In this document: piece after piece, positions 1-9,104 of the stretch
Position numbering within the stretch: the first letter of the stretch is position 1
Layout of the letters: each line of letters starts with the position of its first letter
Origin: Tabrizicola sp.
GTDB taxonomy: Bacteria > Pseudomonadota > Alphaproteobacteria > Rhodobacterales > Rhodobacteraceae
Direction of reading: 5' to 3'
NCBI RefSeq assembly: GCF_030373185.1
Contig: NZ_JAUCZH010000002.1
Location: 290,151 to 354,150, forward strand
DNA: 64,000 bases
Program-made: the position numbers and the translations under genes
The notes under the pieces: generated by a model
The model's database searches: none
What the model saw: only the letters and a program-made list of their open reading frames with translations
Told to the model about the DNA's origin: nothing

Positions 1-1
1 T

Positions 2-391
2 GCGGATGTGGGCGGCGCTTGCCAGTTCCAGACCGCCACCAACGACCGCGCCCTTCAACGCCGCGATGATCGGGACGCCGCCATACTCCATCTTGTTGAA
101 CGCCTCGTGCCAGCGCAGGCACAGGTGCATGAAGTCAGCCGGGCCGCGATCAGCGTCATGGTGTTCCACCAGATCAAGACCGGCGCAGAAATGCGCGCCC
201 TCCGCCGTCAGCACCACAGCCCGGACGCCGGCGCGTGGCACAGCCGAAAACAGCGTCACCAGCGCCTCGACTGTCTCGGCATTCAGGGCATTGCGCTTGG
301 CCGGGCGGCTGAGTGTCACGATCAGCACCCCGTCGTCCTGTTGTTCCAGGGCCAGATTGGGCAGAGTCAGAGTGGCGAGATCGACGGTCAT
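2..391 (-). CDS. dmdD: Methylthioacryloyl-CoA hydratase (crotonase family), 5' part; gene runs off the left edge
   Basis: Not in the ORF track. Manual minus-strand translation from ATG at 391 gives MTVDLATL...RPAKRNAL...[64 protein letters not shown], which closely matches the Ruegeria DmdD sequence as I recall it. Confidence 0.8.
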   Translation of the reverse strand, partial: MTVDLATLTLPNLALEQQDDGVLIVTLSRPAKRNALNAETVEALVTLFSAVPRAGVRAVVLTAEGAHFCAGLDLVEHHDADRGPADFMHLCLRWHEAFNKMEYGGVPIIAALKGAVVGGGLELASAAHIR

Positions 392-415
392 TCTTTGGCT
401 TTCAATTCAGTGCTG

Positions 416-1408
416 TCAGGCGTTCAGGTCGATGACGGTGCGACCCTTGATCTGGCCCGCCAGTATCTCTCGGCCCAGACGCGGCAGGTCATCCAGGGTT
501 GCCATGGTGATCATCGCTTCAAGCTTGTCCATTGGCATGTCGGTGGCGACCCGCGCCCAGGCTGCCTGCCGGTTGGCAAAGGGCTGCATCACGCTGTCGA
601 TCCCCAACAGGTTGACCCCCCGCAGCAGGAAGGGGATGACCGTTGCAGGCAGAGCTGCCCCGCCGGCAAGGCCCACGGCGGCGACCGAGGCGCCGTATTT
701 CATCTGGCCCAGAACCCGCGCCAGCATCGCGCCACCGACAGCATCCACGCATCCGGCCCAGGTCTCGGCTTCCAGCGGGCGCTTGACGGTCTCGGCCAGA
801 TCCCCGCGCGGCACAATGCGGGACGCGCCCAGCGATGTCAGGTAACCCTCAGTCTCGGGGCGGCCGGTCACCGCGGCCACCTCGTGTCCCAGATGCGCCA
901 GCATGGCCACGGCCGCCGAGCCGACACCGCCAGCCGCGCCGGTCACCAGAACCGGCCCCTGACCGGGCTTCAGCCCATGCGCTTCAAGTGCCAGAATCGC
1001 CAGCATCGCGGTCAGACCTGCCGTGCCTACGGCCATTGCGGCCCTCGGGGTCAGCGCCGCTGGCAAGGGTACCAGCCAGTCAGCCTTGACCCGCGCCTTC
1101 TGGGCATAGCCACCCCAATACGCCTCGCCCACGCGCCAGCCGGTCAACACGACCTTGTCACCGGGGCTATAGCGCGCGTCGTCGCTGGCCTCCACCGTGC
1201 CGGCAAAGTCGATGCCGGGGACATGCGGATAATTGCGCACCAGCCCACCCCCGGAGCCAAGGCACAGCCCGTCCTTGTAGTTGACGGTGGAATATTCCAC
1301 GCGGACCAGCACCTCGCCCGCGGGCAAGTCCGCTTCGGTCAGTGCCTTGACGGCGGCATGGGTTGTGCCTTCGGGGTCTTTTTCAACGACCAGTGCCTTG
1401 AACGTCAT
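416..1408 (-). CDS. acuI: Acryloyl-CoA reductase (YhdH/AcuI MDR family)
   Basis: Start MTFKALVVEK at 1408 with AAGGAGA RBS; motifs YSTVNYKDGL, PGIDFAG, GTAGLTAML, VTGAAGGVGS, PFLLRGVNLLGIDSV. Confidence 0.9.
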   Translation of the reverse strand: MTFKALVVEKDPEGTTHAAVKALTEADLPAGEVLVRVEYSTVNYKDGLCLGSGGGLVRNYPHVPGIDFAGTVEASDDARYSPGDKVVLTGWRVGEAYWGGYAQKARVKADWLVPLPAALTPRAAMAVGTAGLTAMLAILALEAHGLKPGQGPVLVTGAAGGVGSAAVAMLAHLGHEVAAVTGRPETEGYLTSLGASRIVPRGDLAETVKRPLEAETWAGCVDAVGGAMLARVLGQMKYGASVAAVGLAGGAALPATVIPFLLRGVNLLGIDSVMQPFANRQAAWARVATDMPMDKLEAMITMATLDDLPRLGREILAGQIKGRTVIDLNA

Positions 1409-1428
1409 GTCTTTCTCCTTGACTGTGG

Positions 1429-3045
1429 TCACGCCAAAGGGCCAAGCGCCCGGGCGGTATCCCGCAGGATGAATTTCTGGATCTTGCCGGTAGCCGTTTT
1501 CGGAAGCTCTTGGAACACCACCGATTTCGGCGTCTTGAAGCCCGCGAGATGACTGCGGCAGAAGGCGATCACCTCGGCCTCGGTGGCCCCGGCCCCCTCG
1601 CGCAGTTCGACAAAGGCGCAAGGTGCCTCACCCCAGCGGTCATGCGGACGGGCGACCACGGCGGCAGCCTTGATGGCCGGATGGCGGTAAAGCACTGCCT
1701 CGACCTCGACCGACGAGACGTTTTCACCGCCTGAAATGATCACGTCCTTCAGCCGGTCGCGGATCTGGATATAGCCATCGGGATGCATGACGGCTGCATC
1801 ACCCGACCAGAACCAGCCATCCTGAAACGCCGCCTCGGTCGCCGCGCCATCCTTGTAATAGCCCTTCATCACGGTATTGCCGCGAATGGCGATTTCGCCC
1901 TGCGTCAACCCGTCTGCGGGAACGTCGCGCCCCGTCTCGCGGTCGACAACGCGGATGCCTTCGACCATCGGGAAGGACACGCCCTGCATCGCCTGTTTCG
2001 CGGCCTGCCCGGCAGGGCCAAGGACAGCCCAGTCGTCCTGCCACAGGCATTGCGATATGTGGCCATAGGTTTCGGTCAACCCGTAAACCTGCATCACTTC
2101 CAGCCCAAGGGCCGCCGCCTTTTCCAGCACGGCAGGCGGCGGCGGGGCCCCTGCGGTCATAACCTTGACCTTTGGCGAGAACGCCACGGCACCGGGGCTT
2201 TCGCACAGCATCTGCAATATGACCGGAGCAGCCCCGAGATGCGTCACACCATGGTCGGTCATCGCCCGCAAAAGGGTTTCAGGCGCCATGTCGGCGGCGA
2301 AGATCACATGGCCGCCCACGATCGCCATGGCCCAGGGGTGGTTCCAGCCGTTGCAATGGAACATCGGCACCACCGACAGATAGGTGGGCCGCTGGGGCAA
2401 GGACCAGCCCGCGACCGTACCCATCGCCATCAGGTAGGCCCCGCGGTGATGATAGATCACGCCCTTGGGCCGGCCCGAGGTGCCGGAGGTATAGTTCAGC
2501 GTGATTGCCTGCCATTCATCAGCAGGCAGCACCCAGTCCATTGGTCTTTCCGTCAGCAGATCGTCATAGCTTGTTTCGGCAAACCCCGCTCCCGTACCGA
2601 TGTCGATGCCAATGTCGATGACGGGCAGCGCCCGTCCCAACAGCGCGAAAGCCGCCCGCAGCACGGGCGCAAGCGTCGTGTCGGCGAGGACCAGACGGCA
2701 GTCTGAATGGTCAAGGATATAGGCGATTGTTTCGGGCTCAAGCCGCGTGTTGATGGTGTTCAGAACCGCCCCTGCCAAAGGAACTGCGTAATGCAACTCG
2801 AAAAGCTCTGGCCGGTTCGGTGACAGGACCGAAACGGTATCGCCCGCGCCGATGCCGCGCTTGGCAAGCCCCGCCGCAACAGACCGGACCCGCTCCGCCA
2901 CCTCGGCCCATGTGCGCGTTTTGCCGCCAAAGCTGGTTGCAGGCAGACCGGCATAGACGGTCGAGGCCCTTTGCAGAAAGGACAGCGGCGAAAGGGCGAC
3001 ATGATTTGCCTCGCCCCGGGGGGGTGCCTCGAAATGCGTGCGCAT
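1429..3045 (-). CDS. dmdB: 3-methylmercaptopropionate-CoA ligase, Pelagibacter/DmdB1-type acyl-CoA synthetase
   Basis: AMP-binding motifs YTSGTSGRPKG, YGLTE, SGD, GGEN; family signatures EANHVALSPLSFL and YHHRGAYLMAMG..W...VPMFHCNGW; flanked by acuI and dmdD. Confidence 0.75.
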   Translation of the reverse strand: MRTHFEAPPRGEANHVALSPLSFLQRASTVYAGLPATSFGGKTRTWAEVAERVRSVAAGLAKRGIGAGDTVSVLSPNRPELFELHYAVPLAGAVLNTINTRLEPETIAYILDHSDCRLVLADTTLAPVLRAAFALLGRALPVIDIGIDIGTGAGFAETSYDDLLTERPMDWVLPADEWQAITLNYTSGTSGRPKGVIYHHRGAYLMAMGTVAGWSLPQRPTYLSVVPMFHCNGWNHPWAMAIVGGHVIFAADMAPETLLRAMTDHGVTHLGAAPVILQMLCESPGAVAFSPKVKVMTAGAPPPPAVLEKAAALGLEVMQVYGLTETYGHISQCLWQDDWAVLGPAGQAAKQAMQGVSFPMVEGIRVVDRETGRDVPADGLTQGEIAIRGNTVMKGYYKDGAATEAAFQDGWFWSGDAAVMHPDGYIQIRDRLKDVIISGGENVSSVEVEAVLYRHPAIKAAAVVARPHDRWGEAPCAFVELREGAGATEAEVIAFCRSHLAGFKTPKSVVFQELPKTATGKIQKFILRDTARALGPLA

Positions 3046-3048
3046 GGC

Positions 3049-3672
3049 TCAGGTCGGGCCGTGCCAGTCGATCTGGCAGATCTCGGCCGAACGGCCGTCG
3101 AAGTCCCAGACCCGGCCATGGGCGCGAACCTTGCCCTTGTTGGCGGTGGCAATGGTGATGTCGGGGCCCATCCAGTAACCGGTATTGGTGACCATCACCT
3201 CCTTGTCCGGATCCGGGCCGCCGATCGGTTCGATCTCGCCCTGAATGAACTTGCCCACCATCAGGCGGCGCTTGCGGCCTTCGGTTTCGAAAATGACCGG
3301 CGCGCGCTGCGCTCCCAGAAACTCGGAAACCAGCATCGAGAACAGACCCGTCGTGCCGCGCACCTTGCCCGAGAAGATATCCAGCAAGCCGTCATAGGCC
3401 TTTTCGGACGCCCGCTCATCGATGTAGGCGGCGGCCTTCCAGTTGCCGCGCCCCATGTTGCCCGGAATGTCCAGCACCATGCCGATGTTCAGACCGCCAA
3501 GGTTTTCGCCGTCGAAATGCCCTTCGTCGATGCGCACGCCCATCCAGGCCTGGCAATAGCCCTCGGTCGGGGGGTGCTTGCCCAGCGACACCACGCAGGG
3601 GCAGAACACGGTGCAGTTGCAGTTCAGGATCAGTTCACCTTTGAGGCGCCATTCCGGCAGAGCTTTGGACAT
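3049..3672 (-). CDS. DUF1326 family protein (Cys-rich, putative metal-binding)
   Basis: N-terminal CNCTVFCPC motif plus a further Cys (GYCQAW); about 200 aa; adjacent to DUF2182, its usual partner. Confidence 0.8.
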   Translation of the reverse strand: MSKALPEWRLKGELILNCNCTVFCPCVVSLGKHPPTEGYCQAWMGVRIDEGHFDGENLGGLNIGMVLDIPGNMGRGNWKAAAYIDERASEKAYDGLLDIFSGKVRGTTGLFSMLVSEFLGAQRAPVIFETEGRKRRLMVGKFIQGEIEPIGGPDPDKEVMVTNTGYWMGPDITIATANKGKVRAHGRVWDFDGRSAEICQIDWHGPT

Positions 3673-3675
3673 TCT

Positions 3676-4476
3676 TCATCCTCCCGATGAGAAAACAGAG
3701 ACGACTTGGACTGCTGCGCCGATCAACAGCGCGGCTCCAAGCGGTTTTGTAAGGTAACGCCCGACCTCGGGCAGTTTCTCCAAGACCATGAACAGGGTTG
3801 CGGCACCCATCCACAGAAGGTTCATGGCACCGCCAACAAGCCCCAGAAGCATCAGAAGCCAGCAGCAGCCGACACACCAGACGCCCAGCCGCGCACCCAT
3901 GGCGAGGGCGGGCTTCGTCCCCGGAGCCCAATGCTCCATGAAGAACATCAGGGGGTGTCGGCACTTGGCAAGGCAAGCTTCCTTGGCCGCGCTGAACTGA
4001 TAGGCCCCGGCCCCGGCCAAAAGGCCCGCCGACACCCATGGCGACAGGCTCTGCCCGGCTCCAGTCATCGCGCCAGCCTTGGCAAGCCCCAGTTGCAGGG
4101 CCGACGCCAGGGCGGAAAAAACCAGCCAGACTGCGCCATAACCAATCACCAGCGCCGTCATCGATGCCCCGTCGGTCGCCCGGACCGACCCAAGCTCTCC
4201 AAAGACCCGGACCGCTGGAACGAAAGTCGGCAGCATCATCGCCGCCGACATCAGGCCCCACATGGCGAAAAGCGCCATGGGATCGGCATTTTCGGCCGAG
4301 ATGCACAAGGCCGCCCAATACTCTGCCGCCGTCAGGCCCGGCATCGGCGATGCCGTCATCTGCATCAGGCCAGCCCATCCCAGCAGGATCGCAGCATAAA
4401 AGCCCAACCAGAACAGCCACCGGCCAAGGGAGCCGCGGGGGAAGGTCGCGATCAATGGGGATTGCTCCCGCATCAC
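3676..4476 (-). CDS. DUF2182 predicted metal-binding integral membrane protein
   Basis: Several TM segments; motifs MWGLMSAAMMLP, YQFSAAKEACLAKCRHP, CVGCCWLLM, MNLLWM, EKLP. Confidence 0.85.
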   Translation of the reverse strand: MMREQSPLIATFPRGSLGRWLFWLGFYAAILLGWAGLMQMTASPMPGLTAAEYWAALCISAENADPMALFAMWGLMSAAMMLPTFVPAVRVFGELGSVRATDGASMTALVIGYGAVWLVFSALASALQLGLAKAGAMTGAGQSLSPWVSAGLLAGAGAYQFSAAKEACLAKCRHPLMFFMEHWAPGTKPALAMGARLGVWCVGCCWLLMLLGLVGGAMNLLWMGAATLFMVLEKLPEVGRYLTKPLGAALLIGAAVQVVSVFSSGG

Positions 4477-5576
4477 ACGAACGGAATATCGACGAGCTTG
4501 CCCGCCGTAGGGCCGCCTACGCGGGCTACCGTGACCTCGGTGCCAACGGGAATCGCGGCATCAATCAGCACAAAGCCGATGTTGGCCTTCATCCGCCAGG
4601 ACCAGACGCAGTTCGTCAGCATCCCGATGCGGGTGCCGTTCAGCATGACATCCTCGCGCCGGACGCCCAACGGCGCAGGCAGGTCACCCTCCAGCACGAT
4701 CCCGAGCTGGTGACGTTTGACCCCTTCCGCCTTGATCCGCCGCAAGGCCTGTACGCCGATGGTATCATCGGGGACATGAAGATCGACGTACTTCTCCAGC
4801 CGCACCTCGAAAGGGTTGGTGTCATCATCCGTATCGCCGCCAACGGATACCAACCCGCTTTCCACCCGTTCAGGCGTGGCAGGCGCGCCCGGGCCAATGC
4901 CCCATGGCTGACCCGCTTCCTTGAAAATGTTCCAGAGCTTTGTACCCTTGGAGCCATCCTTGAGGTAAATCTCGAACCCGCCCTGCTTCGACCAGCCTGA
5001 TCGCTGGACGGCGACAGGAATGCCGTCAATCTCGGTTTCCTTGAACCAGAAGTATTTCAGCCCACGCACCCAGGCGCCCAGCACATGCGCCAAGACATCC
5101 TCGGCCTTGGGGCCTTGCAGGGCCATGGGCGACACATCGGGTTCGCAGATCTCGACATTCAGCCCACGCTCGGCGGCGATGGACCTGGCCCAAAGCTCGA
5201 CATCACTGTCGGCGATGGACAGCCAGAACATGTCATCGGCCAGCTTCAAGAGGATGGGATCGTTGAAGATCGTCCCCCGGTGATCGCAGATCGCGACATA
5301 CTTTCCCTGACCGACCTTGCAGGTTGAAAGGTCGCGGACCGCCAGAATCTGCGCCAGCCGGGCCGCGTCCGGACCCTTCAACTGCACTTGCCGCTCGACC
5401 CCCACGTCCCACTGCGACACGCCGTTGATCAGCCGCCAGTATTCTCCTTCGGGATCGCCAAAGGACGTCGGCATGATCATGCGATTGTAGACGTTCGCTG
5501 TTTTCAGCCCCTCCGCAACAGCAGACTCGAAGAACGGGGAAGGTCTGATGCGGGTACTGGGTTGAAATGAAAACAT
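4473..5576 (-). CDS. DmdA-like THF-dependent demethylase (GcvT/aminomethyltransferase family), copy 1
   Basis: Motifs YNRM, WDVGVERQV, NDPIL, EPDVSP, QGP, RSGWSKQGGFEIY, ERVESGL typical of the DmdA branch of the GcvT family; first gene of the operon. Confidence 0.85.
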   Translation of the reverse strand: MFSFQPSTRIRPSPFFESAVAEGLKTANVYNRMIMPTSFGDPEGEYWRLINGVSQWDVGVERQVQLKGPDAARLAQILAVRDLSTCKVGQGKYVAICDHRGTIFNDPILLKLADDMFWLSIADSDVELWARSIAAERGLNVEICEPDVSPMALQGPKAEDVLAHVLGAWVRGLKYFWFKETEIDGIPVAVQRSGWSKQGGFEIYLKDGSKGTKLWNIFKEAGQPWGIGPGAPATPERVESGLVSVGGDTDDDTNPFEVRLEKYVDLHVPDDTIGVQALRRIKAEGVKRHQLGIVLEGDLPAPLGVRREDVMLNGTRIGMLTNCVWSWRMKANIGFVLIDAAIPVGTEVTVARVGGPTAGKLVDIPFV

Positions 5577-5686
5577 GTCTTGCTCCAGGGGTTTGATGCA
5601 CTTGATGCTTTCGGGGGGGCTTGCGTCAAACGACGTTTTCCGGGGTAATGCCCCTACAAAAAGTTATGCGTCTGTTGGGAATAGCC

Positions 5687-6589
5687 ATGAAGTCCGACTT
5701 GCCCCCCCTGACCTGGCTGCGCGCTTTCGAGGCCGCCGCCCGCACGCTCAGCTTCACCAATGCGGGCGCAGAGCTGAACCTGACCCAGGCGGCGGTTTCC
5801 AAGCATGTGAAGGCGCTTGAATTGTACCTGCATCAGCCCCTTTTCATCCGCCGCCCCCGCAGTCTTGAACTGACAAAATTGGGCGAGGCCTATCTGCCCA
5901 AGGTCCAGGACGCGCTGGAACGGCTCGCCACCGGCACGCGCGAGGTGTTTGGACGGCGACGCAGTCAGGTTCTGACCCTGCGCTGTGCGGTGTCCTTCGC
6001 GGTCTACTGGCTGTCGTCGCGGCTGCCCGCCTTTCTGGATGCGTATCCGGATGTTCAGGTCCGGGTGATTTCCAGCGTCTGGAACGACCCGTTCGACAAG
6101 GATGCCTTCGATCTGGATATCCAGTATGGGACCGGCGATTGGCCGGGGTTTTCCCACACTCGCCTGACGCGGGATACGATCACCCCTCTATGCGCCCCGG
6201 GACTTGCCGGGCGGAACGCTTTGCAAAGCCCGGCTGACCTGCGCCATCATCGACTTCTTCATGTGATGGGCTACCAGGAAGGTTGGGGCGTGTGGCTCAA
6301 CGCGGCCGGCGCACGCGGCGTCGATCCCGGTCAGGGCCTGCATCTGGACACGTCGCTGACTGCGTTCCGGATCGCGGCCGACGGGGGCGGCATCGCCCTG
6401 GGGCGCAGTTCGTTGGCAGCTGAAGATCTGGTGGCAGGTCGCCTGATTGCGCCTTTCGCCCTCAAGGTTCCAATCGACGAGGCTTTCTATCTTCTGGAAC
6501 CACAGATCCGACCAGCGCATCCGTTCCGCGATGTGTTCGCCAGTTGGATCAAAGGGCAAGCCTCAGCGCAACTTCCCGGTGTTTCTTGA
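5687..6589 (+). CDS. LysR-family regulator (GcvA-like)
   Basis: Start MKSDLPPLTWLRAFEAAAR; HTH LSFT..ELNLTQAAVS; divergent from the demethylase operon. Confidence 0.9.
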   Translation: MKSDLPPLTWLRAFEAAARTLSFTNAGAELNLTQAAVSKHVKALELYLHQPLFIRRPRSLELTKLGEAYLPKVQDALERLATGTREVFGRRRSQVLTLRCAVSFAVYWLSSRLPAFLDAYPDVQVRVISSVWNDPFDKDAFDLDIQYGTGDWPGFSHTRLTRDTITPLCAPGLAGRNALQSPADLRHHRLLHVMGYQEGWGVWLNAAGARGVDPGQGLHLDTSLTAFRIAADGGGIALGRSSLAAEDLVAGRLIAPFALKVPIDEAFYLLEPQIRPAHPFRDVFASWIKGQASAQLPGVS

Positions 6590-6629
6590 TCATCAGTTGT
6601 CTTTCTCAACGAAGATGGGGGGATTCTGT

Positions 6630-6770
6630 TCGCCTGAAAGCACAGTCAGAACAGGATATCAGCCAAGCGGCTCAACCCCGGGACAGACCCGCCCGGAGCC
6701 TTCCCGGCGTCCCGGCGAAAGCCAAGGCATTTGTCATGGCAAAGGCTCCGGACAAGGACCGTTCAATTCT
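6630..6770 (+). pseudogene. Remnant of the 5' end of an HSL-family esterase (paralog of 24610-25518)
   Basis: DNA aligns by eye with about 24575-24750; peptide SQAAQPRDRPARSLPGVPAKAKAFVMAKAP versus SQAAKPRDRSARNLPGMRAKAKAFAMAEAP; start codon region deleted. Confidence 0.75.
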
Positions 6771-6912
6771 CTGGGGTGGATAATGTGCCGAACCGGACTC
6801 TACTTGCCGCGGACTTCGACAGGGCCGAAGCAGAATGCGCTGGAAAATCAGATTTGAAGGAACGGATGAAGTCGCTCACGGTCGCCAAGAGCGCCAGTGT
6901 GTGCGACGTGGA

Positions 6913-7722
6913 TTACCTGAAAGAAGCACGATCAGAATCCGGCGCGAGAACATTCAGTTGTTCAGAAATCTCGCGCACCCGCGCACTGTTGTCGGGCGCA
7001 AGTCGACCATCAAGCATGTGCAGGTTGTTCTCGAAGCCTACCCTTGCCTTGCCGCCTTGCGACAAGGCGTATCTCAGGCAGGCGGTTTCGGCCTGCCCGA
7101 AGGCGCAGACCGCCCAGTCCGGGCGCAGTCCGGCGTTCTGTGCGGCGTCAAGAAAGGGGGCAAGCATCGCGGGATTGGATTGCTGCCCTGAGGAATACCG
7201 CCCCAGCACAAAGAGAACCTGCACGTCACTCACAGGCACCGTGCCGGCAGCGATTTCTGCCGCAAGCGTCCCCACTTGCGTGGCATCGTAGAGGATATGC
7301 TGCACCGCCACACCGGCCTCTGAAAGCGCATGATAGCTGCGCCGCGCCGCCGCCCGGTCGCCATCGGCCAGCATCTCGGCCAAGGCAATCGAGACACCTT
7401 CGGGCGTGATCTCTCGCAAGAGTGCACGTTGCTGGGTCGCAGTGAAGAAACCGGCGGATTCAGTCGTGATCTGCACTGGCATCGCAGGGATTGCCCGCGC
7501 CATTTCTGCAATCAACTCACGGTAAAGCCCCGCATCCAGAACATGCGCTTCGGCTGCATCGCGCACATGGGCGTGGATCGCCCCGGCCCCCATGGCATGG
7601 CAGGCGCGGGCCGTTTCCACGATCTCGGGTATGGTCACCGGCAGAGCCGGGTGATCCGCCTTGCCGCGCCGCGCGCCATTGGGGGCAACCATAATTGTGG
7701 GCAGGGGGCAAAGGCGGCTCAT
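6913..7722 (-). CDS. Beta-keto acid cleavage enzyme (BKACE/DUF849, Kce-like)
   Basis: IMVAPNGAR start motif, Zn ligands in AIHAHVRD and RVGFENN. Confidence 0.9.
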   Translation of the reverse strand: MSRLCPLPTIMVAPNGARRGKADHPALPVTIPEIVETARACHAMGAGAIHAHVRDAAEAHVLDAGLYRELIAEMARAIPAMPVQITTESAGFFTATQQRALLREITPEGVSIALAEMLADGDRAAARRSYHALSEAGVAVQHILYDATQVGTLAAEIAAGTVPVSDVQVLFVLGRYSSGQQSNPAMLAPFLDAAQNAGLRPDWAVCAFGQAETACLRYALSQGGKARVGFENNLHMLDGRLAPDNSARVREISEQLNVLAPDSDRASFR

Positions 7723-9047
7723 GTGGCCAAGGCGCCGTCAATCGCGTGAGACAGCTTGTCCACCAGTTCGCCAATCTGGTCGGGTGAAATGATGAAGGGC
7801 GGGGCAAGCAGGATATGGTCGCCGCGCTGGCCGTCGATTGTTCCACCCATCGGATAGCAGATCAGCCCTGCCTCCATGGCGCGGGTCTTGATCTGCGCGT
7901 ACAGCTTGCGCGCGGGGTCGAACGGTACCTTGGTCTCACGGTCCGCGACCAGTTCGACCCCGCGAAACAGCCCGCGCCCTCGGATATCCCCGACATGGTG
8001 GTGCTGGCCAAATCGGTCGCGCAGGGCCGTGTCCAGCAGCACGCCCATCTCCTGCACCCGCGCGAGCAAGTCCCTGCGATGGATCGCGCGCAGCACCGCC
8101 CCGGCCCCGGCAGCGGCCATGGCGTGCCCCATATAGGTATGACCGTGCTGGAAAAACCCCGACCCTGCCGCAATCGCATCATGGATCGCGCCCGAGGTCA
8201 GCAACGCGCCAATCGGCTGATAGCCCGCGCCCAGCCCCTTGGCCACGGTGATCATGTCGGGGGCCACGCCATCTTCGGTGCAGGCGTAAAGATGCCCTGT
8301 GCGGCCCATGCCACACATCACCTCGTCGAGGATCAGCAAGACGCCGTAACGGTCACATATCTCGCGGATGCGCGGCAAATAGCCGGGAACGGCAGGCACC
8401 GCGCCCATGGTCGCGCCCACCACGGGTTCGGCGACAAAGGCCATCACCGTCTCAGGCCCGAGCCGCAGGATTTCCGATTCCAGCTCATCGGCAACGCGCG
8501 CGCCATAGGCAGGCAGGCTTTCGCCCTCATGCCGGTTGCGGTAGTCGTAGCAGGGCGAGATATGGCTGGTTTCCACCAGAAGCGGCGCGAACTGCGCCCT
8601 CCGCCAGGCATTGCCGCCCGCCGCCAGCGCGCCCAGCGTATTGCCATGATAGCTTTGCCGCCGCGCAATCACCCGGTGCCGCGCGGGCTGGCCGATTTCC
8701 ATGAAATACTGCCGTGCGAGCTTGATTGCCGCCTCGACCGCCTCGGACCCGCCCGAAACCAGATAGACCCGCGAAATGCCTTCCGGCGCGGCGGCGATCA
8801 GCAGGTCGGCAAGGTCTTCGGCGGGATCCGAGGTGAAAAACCCGGTATGGGCAAAGGCCAGCCGGTCCAACTGCGCATGAAGCGCGGCGCGCACGTCCGG
8901 GTCGGAATGGCCCAGACAGGACACCGCCGCCCCGCCCGAGCCGTCGAGATAGCGCTTGCCCGTACTGTCGATCAAATAGCAGCCATCCCCTGCAGCGGCT
9001 GTCGGTAATTGACCCTTGGTGGTGCGCCCGAATACATGCCCCGGCAT
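7719..9047 (-). CDS. Class III PLP-dependent aminotransferase (omega/beta-amino acid type)
   Basis: YLDGSGGAAV, SGGSEA, SYHG, AEPVVG, DEVMCGMGRTG, TVAKGLG (PLP Lys), HGHTY. Confidence 0.9.
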   Translation of the reverse strand: MPGHVFGRTTKGQLPTAAAGDGCYLIDSTGKRYLDGSGGAAVSCLGHSDPDVRAALHAQLDRLAFAHTGFFTSDPAEDLADLLIAAAPEGISRVYLVSGGSEAVEAAIKLARQYFMEIGQPARHRVIARRQSYHGNTLGALAAGGNAWRRAQFAPLLVETSHISPCYDYRNRHEGESLPAYGARVADELESEILRLGPETVMAFVAEPVVGATMGAVPAVPGYLPRIREICDRYGVLLILDEVMCGMGRTGHLYACTEDGVAPDMITVAKGLGAGYQPIGALLTSGAIHDAIAAGSGFFQHGHTYMGHAMAAAGAGAVLRAIHRRDLLARVQEMGVLLDTALRDRFGQHHHVGDIRGRGLFRGVELVADRETKVPFDPARKLYAQIKTRAMEAGLICYPMGGTIDGQRGDHILLAPPFIISPDQIGELVDKLSHAIDGALAT

Positions 9048-9104
9048 TTGGTCCCCCTATCTGTGCCGACCAAAGAGGCACAGGCGCTTTGCCTCGACAA
9101 GCCT

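Noticed and set aside
6-1552. Long plus-strand ORFs (6-845, 8-1552) and similar ones elsewhere (26385-26945, 29469-31334, 37214-39034, 41026-42693, 47675-49240, 55403-56692)
   Set aside because: Antisense shadows of well-supported genes in GC-rich DNA; no motifs or RBS.
4473-5576. Calling either aminomethyltransferase gcvT or canonical dmdA
   Set aside because: There is no gcvH or gcvP, and motifs match the DmdA branch but diverge from canonical DmdA. The symbol is withheld until a phylogeny is run.
5577-5686. Shared LysR box in the two demethylase-module promoters (also 46348-46511)
   Set aside because: Only weak T-N11-A-like matches; I could not define a convincing common palindrome by eye. 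A motif search across orthologous promoters is needed.
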